A DNA stretch of 64,000 nt from Yuukianura sp. NJ FZ-2021 (taxonomy: Eukaryota): NCBI GenBank assembly GCA_046563655.1, contig CM102284.1, positions 5,704,001 to 5,768,000 of the forward strand, given 5' to 3'. The position numbers were made by a program, and so were the translations under genes. The notes below the pieces were generated by a model that saw only the letters and a list, made by a program, of their open reading frames with translations, had not been told where the DNA came from and made no database searches. Every line of letters begins with the position of its first letter. Position 1 is the stretch's first letter. Of the stretch, positions 46,287 to 59,025 are shown piece by piece.

Positions 46287-48321
46287 ATGGAGATTAAATC
46301 TGAATACGATTCGGGGGAAGGTGGACTTGGTACCTGTTCAAATTGCTGCTCAAGGAGCAGATCAGAAAAATTGAAGACAAGATTAATGGTTAAAACTGAA
46401 GAAACGGACGATGGGACAACTACTGTAAGGGAAGCTGTAACAACAATTTATGGGTCTGAATTACAACGGTTTGGCGGAACGTGCTTGCTATGCGTGGATT
46501 GTTGCGAAATTCTAACTCAGCTGTACCACCTCTTCATTCAATTCAGAGATCGTTATGAAAATGGTTCAGATGTACTCGTCGCAGGGCTGAAAGCGAACCA
46601 GAACACTTCAGATGATTCCCAAGGTCAAGATATCATGGACCCGACTGACCATTTTATTTCATCTGTTTCAACTGAAGATGAAAGAGACGACTCAAGATTT
46701 GACAATGTACGTGATGATGACGATGAACAATTACTGTGGCGACGAAGGAGAAGTCTACGCCGAAAGCTGCAACGCCGGCCAAACGCTGACACGGAGTTCT
46801 TTCCCGAGTTGACGGAGGATACCGATCCTATTATTTTTCAGTCGCCGTATCTGAAACCAAATTCAGCTGTTCAAAATGGGCTGGACAATCTGCGTGATGA
46901 TTCTACCGTGGAAGGTGACATGAAATCGGATTTGACCTCCAACTCTTCAACTGCGGCTACTGGATACCCACTTCCTCGCGGACGCGGACGTCCTAAAGGA
47001 AGCAAGAATCGAGTCAAGTATTTGGACCAAACCGGAGATGACGATTTGGATCCTGCTCGTTCTGAATTAAAAAAACGCAGAGGACGGCCTCCTAAGAAGA
47101 TTGTTCCAGCTAGTGAAGTCGCCCATAGTGTAGCAGTTGCACAAAAGCGAAAACCTGGACGTCCAAGAAAGAACGAGGTTGTTGGGGCTTCTGGTACTGT
47201 TCTGCAATCACCCAACCGGGAAGCAAGTCCAAGCAAAGCTGATGAAAATGAAATGAACAATCTAGGTGGTGATTGTACCGTCGACGGTGACAGGAAATCA
47301 GATTTGACATTCACCTCTTCAACCACTTCTGTTAAATGTCGCGGACGTCCCAAAGGAAGCAAGAATAGAATCAGTTATTTCGACCGAAATAGCAAAACGT
47401 ACAACTGTCCTCACTGTGGAAAACAAGCAAAAACACCTTGGAATCTTAGCAAACACATACGAAGTTAGTCTTTTAAGGAAACACGTTCATAGAAGTTTTC
47501 AAACTTTTCGCATTTTGATCATTTTATTTGTTTTTAAAGGTGTACACGAAAGGCTGCGGCCTTACGAATGCTCGTTATGTCCAAGGAGATTTGCTGGAAA
47601 CGAAGGCCTGGTAAATCACATGCGAGTTTTGCACGCCGATTCGAATACGAATGTGAACCAGTTCGTATGTCCAGTCAAGGGATGTGGAAAGTCCTTTCCC
47701 TACCGTTCATCGCTCCATGGTCATGCGCTGGTACATGATCGACAGTTGTGGAATTTCGAATGTGAACATTGTCATCGAAAGTGCAGGACGTCTACTCAGC
47801 TTTCAATTCACAAATCGTCGCATTCTGAAGATAGGAATTTTGCATGTGAGGACTGTGGAGCTCTATTCAAGCAAGCAACTACACTACGCAACCATCGTCG
47901 ATATTCTCATCCAGAAAAATATTGTCGAACTCCAGCATCCGATCTTAGTTGTCATATTTGCCAAAAGAATTTCAAAACACCATGGAACATGAGACTACAT
48001 ATCCGTACTATTCACCATCAAATCAAAACACATCAATGCCATTTGTGTGGAAAGCAGTTCTCTGGTTCCAGTAACCTCAAATGTAAGCATCTGCATCATC
48101 ATACGCAATTAATTAACAAACCATAGCGTTTCTATATAGTTTTACTTATGTTTCTACCATTTGTTACAGCACATCTAACACGTATCCATGGAATTGACAG
48201 ATCTCAACTTTTGACGGAACTGTCAAAACGTCCAGTACCGACGTCAATAGAAATTGAAAACCGTGATGACTTGAGCCAGGAACCAATTCCTATGACAGGC
48301 CAACAATACACGCGTGAGTGA
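46287..48321 (+). CDS. ZAD-like / AT-hook / C2H2 zinc-finger protein, paralog 2 (7 fingers)
   Basis: Exons 46287-47463, 47540-48082, 48170-48321. Same intron positions and clear homology to paralog 1, with four AT-hook-like GRP motifs. Confidence 0.88.
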
Positions 48322-49245
48322 ATCGTCACAATTATAGAAATTTTTTTGACAGTTTCCACATCGAATTTTACGTAAACTATTATGAGAGATAAGATTTGGT
48401 TAGGTGTAATCGTAATCTAAAAAATATTTCGATTTAGTACCTTGATTACTAAATATTGGGCAACAGAACTGTATTTCGTTACCGTTTATGTAGGTTATAC
48501 GTACGTTATACGTTATGTAGTCAGTCGCTGAGCGTGAGCATTGTTCTGTAATTAGTAGTTGTAGGTAAATTAAGAAAAGCTGCCGTTAAAGATAATTATT
48601 TAGCGAATGCGTCCCTTGGTCTCTCGAAGGAAGATATCGATGAGAACGGAGATCTGTGGCGGGAGTCCATTGTAAATCAAATGCAATTTTTAGTGAAAAA
48701 AAAGTTTTTGATCTTGAATTTTTTTTAACATTTCTCTTCTGCTGTTAAACTATGTTCGGACATCAGCTGTCTCACGAATTGTTATTTGATTTAATTAATT
48801 TAATTACAGAGTTTTAATTAAATTCAGGAATTGATTTTTAAAATTTAATTGCCCTTCATCAGTGCTCAACGCAACGTAATTGTGTTTACAGTAATATTCT
48901 TATCTGAACTTTTGGGTGTGGGATTTTGGGATGGGACTTTGATTACATTGGAATTTACAGAACCAAATGGAGCTTCCTCAAGGACGAAGTTGACTGCTCC
49001 TTTTAATTAATTGCAAAGGTTAAATTCAATCTAATTCACCGTAGCAAAGTCGGAAATCACAAATTCATTCCACTGGGAAAATTGGATTAAGCTCATCAGT
49101 CATCACTAGCACTACGTGATAGATTCGGATTTGAACTAAACGTAAGTAGTTTTTGGTAATTACTATAAAGATATTGGGACTTAACTTGTTCTTATGGTTC
49201 GCTATCATTACGTTTGACTTTATTTTTATTTATAGGGCCGGAACG

Positions 49246-52200
49246 ATGACGTCGTCTGTCACATTTTCGGTGGGAATTATTCGTGAAATCTTTGGAGTTG
49301 ACTTTGCTATGGCACTGAAAGCTCGCCAGGAAGCGGATCTAGAGAGGTCCGTCAGTCGAGCAAACACGGCTGGCCAAATAACGATTGATGGAACGGGTAA
49401 AGATCCGGCCAATTTGGGCCAGGCTAATCTGGAAAACTTCTTCAAGGAGCAACAACATGTCGAGGACAATACTGATGGCGTAAAACCAACCAAAAGCCCT
49501 CGTTCTGCTTCAGTTCCGCCTACGCAACAATTGACCGTGGACGTCGGAGACCCGCATCCGCATCTGCCGTCAAGTATACGAAACTATCTCAATAGAAAGA
49601 AGCCCGGTGTTCAGATCATCCGGCATTTGTAAGTTATTTAACATTTATTAAACATCAATGAAGAATGTAATACCTTTACAGAGATTCATTTACTTTTGCA
49701 GTGCTCCTGCTCCACCGCCTTCAGATGCTCTGGGTGAAATAATGAATGAGAGGTTACAGGCCACAAGTTCAGGGTCAGCAGGCGGAGTTAGTCACAATCA
49801 AGCTGGTCGTCTGGGACCAAAGGTAATTAGTAATTTGTACTTACTAAGCTTATTCCATTTACGGGGTACCAGCAGATAACTCTTGAATTTGTTCGTTTAT
49901 AGGTAGCAAAATTTGATGTGGCTGCGCATTTCGGATCTTTCGTGATGTCGGCTGATAGACTGGGATTAACTTCGCAGTGTAATTTTGGCAGTGTCCGGGC
50001 AAACGTTTGCGTGTACAAAGGTTAGTAGTAGCATTTGCTGTAGCTTCAGACGGTTCTATGCAAAGTTTGAGATTGAATTTTTGGCAATATTTTAGGGAGA
50101 TGGCAGTACGAAGTTCAGTTGGGCTCAAAAGGTGTCATGCAGGTTGGCTGGGCCACACTGGCTACAAAATTTTCTCAAGAGAAAGGCGTTGGTAAGTTAC
50201 GACGATGAGATTTATAATTAAAAGAACAATTTCTGGAAATGAACTGTTTTCAAGGTGATACCATTGACTCATTTGGATATGACGGAAATCGACTGAGGAA
50301 ATGGAACGGCACAACAGCTCCATATGGTGAGAGTTGGCAAACTGGAGACATTATCGGTTGTCTGATTGACCTGGACGCTGGAACCATTGAATTTCTTAGG
50401 TGAGAAACAGAATGCAAAATACATCATTAAATTTCTAGTTACCGACTGACCTGGCCTCTCTCTTCGTTTGTTTAGAAATGGGAAAAGTCTTGGATTAGCT
50501 TTCTCGAACATCCGAAGGGGACCAGGAATCGCTTATTTTCCTGCAGTTTCTCTTGCTTGGTAAGCAGTTCAGTTACTACAATTAGGAAAGAACATTGTAT
50601 GAAAGTCTGATTGTGACGAAGATGGTTTTAGTTTAAGTTTTCTCTTTTTATGACTCAGGGGAGAAAGTGTCGTGGCTGATTTTGGTGCAAGTCCTTTGAA
50701 GTTTCCAGTTTCTGGCTATTTTCCTATTCAAGCTGAAATCCCGGTTGAAGACACCAAAGTTCCACTTCTCTTTCACTGGCTAGAAAATACGCTTCAAATT
50801 TTTCCTACTCCGGAAGATCCTTCAAGAGGACATCGGCTCAATCGTGAAGACTATGAAACTCTTATCGTTGTGGCGAACCGAATCTTTCAATTTTTAGCTC
50901 CAAGCATGAACTCTGCCTTTATTGTGGAACAAACATTTCTTCCATTCTATGCACGAGCAGTTGGGCTTCCTGAAAAAGTGGCTATTCAAGATGAAGTCGT
51001 CCTACCAGCTCCGGAATCACACGTCAAAGTTCATTTATTGTTGGATCTCATGTGGACTTTTCTCGAAGTGAGTTTGAAAAAGTTGTTGCCCAGTTTTTTT
51101 ACAGTCTATTTACTTTGAAATTGGTGTTTGCAGGAAACAGAAATGAAGAAGTGTATCGAGCGGATGTGTATCGTTTTCATGAACTGTTTTCGCTCCAATT
51201 CTTTATCACTGAGTTATCCCTTCCAAATCTACAGTCTACGCTGTCTAATTGCCTTGTCTAGTCATCGCAGGACGCGGCGTTACCTCATTCATCACATTTT
51301 ATTTGATCAAATCAAGTAAGTCAGTAGCTCGACCTTCTAATCTTGTATTTTTCTAACAAGATTTTTAATTAATAGATTGATGCATTTCTTACACATTCGT
51401 CCCGTTGACGATGAAGTACTGAAAGTTCTTATGCCAAATGGATGGTGGAAAGGGAAAACGAGCTTGCAAGATGCAGAAGCTGAACAATACCGAAAGACTT
51501 GCGAGTTACTTCGAACTCATATTCAAGGTAATTGATGAAAGTCGATGCGCTCTTAATCTTTTTTGTGGGAAGTTTTGGACATAAAATCTGATTTTGTTAT
51601 CTGATTATCTTCAAATCTTCATGTTTTTGATGTTTCAGCTGTTGAGGAAGTTCAAATGCAATTCTTGAGAACACTGCTCACAAATGCCGACGGAAGTGAC
51701 ACGCGACCAAGCTCACGCTCCGTTTTTCTTCGCAAGTTTAGAGCTTACATTCGGGACTCAATTCGGGTAAGAGAAAATCAACCATCGACAATCTTATTAC
51801 GAAGATGATAGTTTTAGAATATAACGTTTTTCTTTTTGCAGCCTGGCTCTCTTCTTCAACATCCAATGAACAGAGCACTTTGTGCCTTCTTTCGCGTACT
51901 AAAGATGACTATGCTGCTATGGAAAGACGAATTTCAGGTGAATGACGACTATGGGCTTCCAGACTTGCCAATGTCTATGTTTTATGACCTCACGATTGAC
52001 TATCACGACACTGATCGGTTGGGTGGTGTTGCTAACTACTTGTACAAAACGTATCACGAAGAAGTTTCTGCTGCACTTAACGTTCCGGATTATTTCACTG
52101 GAAGCAATCAACCATCCCAAAGTACTCCAATGGCCACGTTTTTTGGATTTCAAGAGTTTACGGGGTTGGCATGTAAGTTGTCTTGCAAAGTCTAAAAAAA

Positions 52201-55200
52201 GTGATTGTATTGTAACTCATATTTATCTATCTTAATTTTTAGTTGTCGGATCAGCGTCTACTCCAAGTGTAACCACTGCTGAAACAGTAAATAGTAGCGC
52301 CAGTACAGTAGTTTCTGGAGCAGGAGTTTCAACAAATATGACTCCAGTTCAGCGTGCAACCGGTGAAGTTTCTCGAGCTACCTTGGGAACTGCTGCTTCT
52401 GCACCAGATCGTGGGCCTTCAATAGTGTCTGCCGCTGTTGGGGTTTCAACTTCCATGGGCGTCGGAGTTGAAATTACGCGAGTACATTCGGATATGCAAT
52501 CGACTTCTACGCTAAGCTCCTACCGTCGCCCTATAGTGAGACCTAGTATCACAGATGCGCTTCCACCAGGAACTCAGACGTCGCAAATAGGAATAATTCG
52601 TCCTGCTGCGTCAAATTTTATAACTACAAGCGAAACGGAGCATGTTCCTGAAACCAGACCAAGACCAGCAAGTGCCACGAGCTCCGCTGAAGATGTTGTT
52701 AGCAATGTTCCTAGAATGACTGCCCTGATTGGCGGTTCACCAAGGTGAGGTTTTGAATAATTTAGTAACAGAAGTGAAGCGTGAATGTCGTTAATGATTT
52801 GATTACTTTCTTTTTGTAGTGGCCCGAATTTGATGATTCCAGTATTCGATTTTCCAAGAGACACTGCTATCCGTCTGTTGCCTGGAGGTGTTTTTGGAAT
52901 TTCAACGTATGACAGGGTTGGTGTTCGTCCGAACAATCCAGCAAGTGCTCTCGTTAGCAGAGATTCTGGAGCGATGGATGCTTTGACAAGTTTACGTGAA
53001 CTGCTGGACGATACAATCATGATTTTCTCTTGTGGAGTCAAGAAACATATAGAAAAGGTATTGAGTTCATAGTGTTTTGAGAGTAACTTTTGCAATATTC
53101 TTATTTTTTATTGCAGATTGTTACACTTCGACGCAACACGGAGGAATACGTCAAAGCGCTTGATCAAGCCAATGAAGAACTCAGTCGCGGAGGTTTATCC
53201 AAAGAAGAGGAAGCAGAACTCACAAAATCTGTGGATATATTTACGAAAAAACTGGAAGAACAGTCGCGTCATTTAGCATGGGTTCAGAGCGGTGTCTTCA
53301 CTGCGGAAAGACAGCGTCTTGCATTTGAACTTCTGAAGGTCGTCCTGAGCACACTCAACAAAGCGTCAGCTCAAGGAATCCTCTTTGTGTTTGTTCCTGA
53401 CTTTTATGTGACATCCATGATCCATTTGACATGGCTTCTGTTGACTCAGTTTCATCCTACAGTACCGTATACTGATCTTCCCGGTAAGTTGGAATCGAGA
53501 GGAACGAGAAAAAGTAGAGAAACAGCTATTCCAAATGGTTTTGTTCTAATTTTTTCTAGGAATTAATGAAGTGTTGAGTGATGTTGCTCAATTTGTTTCA
53601 ACACATTTCGTGGACAGTAGAATTGCAGCGGCCGATACTAAAGACACACTTACTCAAGCACTGGGAGCTTTCATCTGTGATACAAAGATGCTCAGCGCCT
53701 TGGAACAAATGCCAGAAGTATCGAGAAAGCGCATGGTCAAATATTTACTTCGACCTTATGAAAAGAGGGCCTGGGCTCAAAGTAATTGGATGCTGGTTAG
53801 GATTTGGCAAGGAAGTGGATTCGCATATAGATATCCCAATACTACGCAGGCTCGAAAAGCTTTTCGATCGGGACCACAACAAGACGATTTCGTAGTTTCC
53901 AGTAACCTCCGTAAGCAAAAAAGTGAAACGATTCGTTATTGAAACTTCCTCTCAATTAAAATTTGTTGAATTGAATTAATTTTTATTTTCTAGCACCCAA
54001 TCCTTCCTTAATTTTTCAAAATCTTGTCGCGTCTGTGCTTCTGGAGAATCCAAAACTGGCTTCCAATTTTATTCATTCAGTATTGAACCAGCTCAACTGG
54101 TCCTTTTCAGAATTCGTGGGTCTTCTTCAGGAGGTGAATTTTGAAATTTTGATTTTGCAGAGATTGGATTGTGTTATGGAAAGGAATTATTTTGTGTTTC
54201 AGATTCATACCGGGGCTAGTCGCAATGAACGTGCTATGATGGAGGCTCGTCAACTCAAAGTCTGCTGTACGACGCATGAGCTGTCACAGTCCCTACTTCG
54301 AGTGTTGGAAATGATCGTTTACAAGTGTCCCGAAGCACTGACTGACATTCGTCGAGAGTCGTCGGAAACGCTGCTTGATCGGTTGTGTGGGGTGTGTTTA
54401 GTAAACAATATTTTTTTCTGGAAATTGTTTTTAAAAACGCAGGCTTGTTTTTCTTTTGCAGCTTCTGAGTCAAGTGCTGAATCGAATTGGAGGCACTTCT
54501 GGAACGTTTGCACAAGTCGTTGAGTTGGGTATTTCTGGAATCGAGAACATTTCGTACTTTCCAATTTTGTCTTCCGTTGCTGGAGTCATCGTTGCTCTAA
54601 CGCAAAAGGAGCTGGACGAAACAGATCGTAAGTCATTCAATTAGTAATTTCGTTGATCTTCTTTGTTCTTTGGACTGGACTAATTCCACTTTCGACGAAT
54701 TTTTTTTTGTAGCCGCGAAGCTGATTGCAACAAAGGCCATTGTTCATGAACCGAGTTTTCAAGTTTCATCATTGGATTTCTTAGTTGGAAGAAACTTACC
54801 GGAGAATACGCCTGTTGTTCTTCAATTTTCTCTAAGAAATTGTACGGTTCAAAAGAATTTCCTATTGGAGAATTTCGAATTGCGTTTTATGTGAATTTGG
54901 AAATGTTGTAGATGTTCCGGCTGATGTCACTGAAGAGGAAGTGGAACGATTTGAGGCAGCGATTAGACATATTGCACACTGGGCGCCACGTCTGGAAGTT
55001 GATCAGGACGCCATTTCGGATGATGATATTTGCACCATTTGCTACGCTTATGCCAAATGTGTGACATTTTTTCCTTGTCACCATCGTTCTTGTCGGTAGG
55101 ACCTCTGAAAAGTTGTATTCAAAATTTTGGACGTGGGAAAATTTTGATCCATCTGATACCCGTATTTTGTGTTTTTTAGATCATGCATTTTACATCATTT

Positions 55201-55345
55201 GATGAATCGTGGTGAATGCTTCTTTTGCAAAGGGATGATTGAGCAAGTTGTGGATGACGCTGGAGTGATGCTTCACGACATCAACGCAATGTCTCAAGAC
55301 TCTGATTCTGAAACTACTGTTGAATCTGCTGACCAGTATATCTAA
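49246..55345 (+). CDS. RNF123: E3 ubiquitin ligase RNF123 (KPC1)
   Basis: N-terminal SPRY domain ([52 protein letters not shown]), [38 protein letters not shown] and a C-terminal RING (CTICYA...[25 protein letters not shown]). Many short introns. Confidence 0.92.
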
Positions 55346-55707
55346 AGTACTCCCATGATTTCTCACTGCTTCCGTTTTTGTTTAGTTTCTCCTAAATTCG
55401 CAAATGAGTTACTAATTTAAATTAATTTGAAACTAAATCCTATCATTTGACTAACGTTTAAACTTGAGCTAAACCTCATCTGTGATGTTGTTACCAGTTT
55501 AATTAATAGTTCATGTTTAGTTTGGTTTTTTTTTTTCGCAACCGCAGTGTTTATTGTGTTAGTTAACGCAAATTTTAGATTGTAGATTACTAGTTAGTTA
55601 ATGAACTTCTTAGTTTACTAATTAACTTCTTAGTTGCTGTTTAGGGTGCGTAAAGTTCGGACTTTTTTATTTAGTAAATGACTGATGAACTCAAGTCCGT
55701 TTTGAAT

Positions 55708-56501
55708 TCACTGAAGACAGTCCAGTGGACTGATTTCGTTTACTTCATCTGCGTAGACGTTCCGGAAGTAGGACGGAAGCACTTGAGGTTTGGCATGGAT
55801 AATCGGTTGGCCACTTCTTAGTTGAAGCTGGACAAGGAAAAAGTTTGGAAAAACAAAATTTCAAAAACTTAGATTTAAAATGGTAAAATATGACGCAAAG
55901 TACTGCTTACATCAGCGACAGCGTTGCGTCGATTTTGAAAGCGTACACGCTGAGCCTTAGAACGGTACTTGATTTCAACTGGAAGCGCAACTGAGGCCCG
56001 CACTTCTTCACTCTTGCTTGCTCGGGCTTTGAATTTTCCAGTTGACGGACAAACGTCACCGCAAGCTGCAAGAACAAACGCTGTCAAACGCTGATTGGCA
56101 AAAGTATTTGAATTTTCACAGTTCATACCTGCGTAGCATTGCGGTTGCGGCGGTGGTTTAGGATAGTGACCTTGTTTGATCAACTTTTTGAATCGTTCAT
56201 TACTGTCCACAAAGTCCCAAAATGCTTTACACTTCAATCTACTTTCATCCAGGCAAATGTCACCGAGATGCGTCGTGTCCTGGAAGGATAAGAAAAACCG
56301 ATTTTCTTGACACGGACATCCACAAGTTTCTTCAGCATCTTCTCCTTCTTCCTCATCTTCATATTCGGCAGTTTCAGTTTCCGGAGTTTCTGGACACGGG
56401 CAGGGGTCACTTCCGGTTTGTTCCAGTGCTGAACACAGACTGCGACATTCTAGTAACTTTAAGCTACTGTCCTCACCTTCATTTTCAAATGTTTTGTCCA
56501 T
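55708..56501 (-). CDS. Uncharacterised ~236-aa protein with Cys clusters and an acidic tract
   Basis: ATG-initiated 197-codon exon 56501-55911 ending at a GTAAGC donor, joined in frame to exon 55827-55708 (LQLRSGQPIIHAKPQVLPSYFRNVYADEVNEISPLDCLQ*). No recognisable domain. Confidence 0.6.
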
Positions 56502-56744
56502 GGTTGAAATTAACGTTATCTTCTAATAAATATGAAAGAAGTATGAAAAAATCTAATCAAGAAATCACTTTTGGAACAAATCATTGGATACTTTTGGAGG
56601 TCAAAGGTCAAGGGGCCCGTAGAATATAATATCAAAATGGCTTGTTGTTCCAAAGATGTTTTCAGCATTACAACTAAATGTCGCCGAAGCGACGCCACAA
56701 AGCATCTTTTCTCTTGTCTTTCATCTTGAAAGAATCGAGATAAC

Positions 56745-58545
56745 ATTTTAATGTTGCGTTTTTTTTGCAAAATTTTTGTACTAAATTATGTGAGATAGTG
56801 TTCTGCAACTTGAACCGGTCGATGAAATTGCAGAAATTACAACAGAGTTTGAATTTTCAGAATTTTCTAAAATGGGAATTGTGCTTGTGGTTTTGGAAGT
56901 TTTTGAAGAGTGTTTTACACGGGAGGCCTTTGTGAAAGGAGAAAAGTTGACAGGGTATTATACGGAGCAAAGAGGCAGGTAGCCCTTCTCTGCTTTTGGG
57001 ATTTTTGTATGGGGAGGCCACCGGAGGGAAAAAAGTTGAGGAAGGAGAGGAGCCTTTCTGCGTCGCCTAATCTCCGCATAGCTCCGGTCAGTTTTTCAGA
57101 GGAGCCTGCCACTTCTCAATGTTAAATCTCTTTCCAAAATTTCAGAAAATTCAAAAACTTTTAAAATTCATATCTTTTGAACAGAATGCGTTAGAGAGCT
57201 AATCTCTCCACTCCTATATTCACAATGATCTCTAGAATAGTTTAAGCCCAAAAAACCGAAATCGAAATTTTTACTAATTTTTAATAAAATCCCTGAACTA
57301 GTCCATGGGTTGTTTTCCATCAAAATTTTGAAGGTGCATTTTTTGCAAAATGTTTGCACCTAATTACATGAAATACTATTTTGGATCAATGAGCTGAGCG
57401 CTTGATCCACAGAAATCGCCGTAAAGTTGAAAATTCAAAATTTTGTTCCATATAAGTGAAAGTTTTTTTTCTGATTTGGTTTAGACGGTAGTTAAAATTT
57501 AAACTAATTCTGTCTAAGTATTTCACACTGGTTTACCTAGCCTGAAATTATTAATTTTTTATGCAATGTTGAGGAACTCTCTGAAAATTCGATATCCCAT
57601 TTTTCAAAATTTGATAAAATTTTTAAATTGTGTTTGGAAAAGTTTTGTACCAAATTAAAACGAAATGTTGTTTTGCAATTTGTTTGCTGAATTTGTTAAA
57701 GCGAGCATATTTTGAATTTGAATGTCCGTTTTTTTTTGCGAAAATTTTGCATTAAATTAATGCGAAAAAATGTTTTGCAACTTGAGTCGAGCGATGGAGT
57801 CACAGAAATCGCTGCAACTTTAAAATTTTTAGAATTTTCTAAAATGGGAATTATGATTGTGTTTTCGGAAGTTTTTGAAAGAGTCTTTTACATGGGAGGC
57901 CTTTGGGAGAGCAGAAAAGTAGATCGGAGATTATACGAAGCGAAGAGGCGAGATAGGTCTTTTGCTCTTCTCTGCTTTTTGTATGGGAAGGCCGCCAGCG
58001 GGAGAAAAGTTGAGAAAGGAGGGGAGCCTTTTCGTGGCGCCTAATCTCCGCATAGCTCCGGTCACTTTTTCTGAGGAGCCTACCACTTCTCAATGTTAAA
58101 TCTCTTTCCAAAATTTCAAAAAATACAGAAACTTTAAAAATTCATATCTCAGGAATGGATTCCAATAACTTGCTAATTTCTTCGCGATTCAATCCACAAT
58201 GATCAAAAGAGTGGTTCAAGACCATAAAATAGAAATCGAAATATTTACTAATTTTTAACAATTCCTGAACTATATACAGTCCATGGATTTTTTCAAATTT
58301 CATAAAAATTTTGAAGGTGCATTTTTTGCAAAACTTTTGCACTGAATCACATGAAATACTGTTTTGGAATAATGAGCTGAGTTGTTGACTCACAGGAATT
58401 GCAGTAAAGTTGAAAATTTTTAGTTTTTTGTTTAAAGAAAATGATAGTTTGTTCTGTTTTGATTTAGACGCTTATCAAAATTAAAAATAATTCAGTCCAT
58501 CTATTTCAAACAGGTTTAACATATCCGAAATTATTAAATTTTCAA
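56745..58545. repeat. Diverged direct duplication of a ~0.8-kb non-coding element (copies ~56745-57560 and ~57715-58545)
   Basis: Shared blocks include gaattttctaaaatgggaatt, cgcctaatctccgcatagctccggtca, cacttctcaatgttaaatctctttccaaaatttca and aaaattttgaaggtgcattttttgcaaaa. The offset is ~970 nt. Confidence 0.85.
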
Positions 58546-59025
58546 ACAGCTTCATAATTTAAACAACAGGCTTAATTTTTTTTTACAGCCAGAAATTTTT
58601 ATGAAAGAAACTTTTCGAATTTGTTTAATCCATTTTTGCCTCTTTTAATTTATTTTGGTAGCACGGAAATGATGGTCATGCGGGGGATGAAACAAAAAAA
58701 TAAATTGTTTGAATCATCCATTGTCAGCTTACCATCCAACCCTAGATTTTGAGGGTTGTTGGTTAGTTGGGTTGGTATAGAATCAAAATGTTTTGACTTT
58801 AACATAGGTAGGGGGTGAACTTTGTGTAACACAGTATACTGCTACTTAACTTTGTGCGAAGTGGTCATAAAAAAAGTTCACAAGTATAAAATACCACTAC
58901 AACTTCAGACCTGATTCACTAACAAATTGCTGCTTCAAGGTATAAGGAAGAGAGAAGATTTCGTTTGTCAGAGTTCAAATAAAGTTGCACTTGTTTTCAA
59001 AATTTTGAATTTAATTTGGTAGAAA

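Noticed and set aside
52574-53095. 173-aa minus-strand ORF
   Set aside because: Antisense shadow of RNF123 exons.
56910-58393. Paired ORFs inside the duplicated element
   Set aside because: The frames are not preserved between the two copies and there are no transposase or RT motifs.
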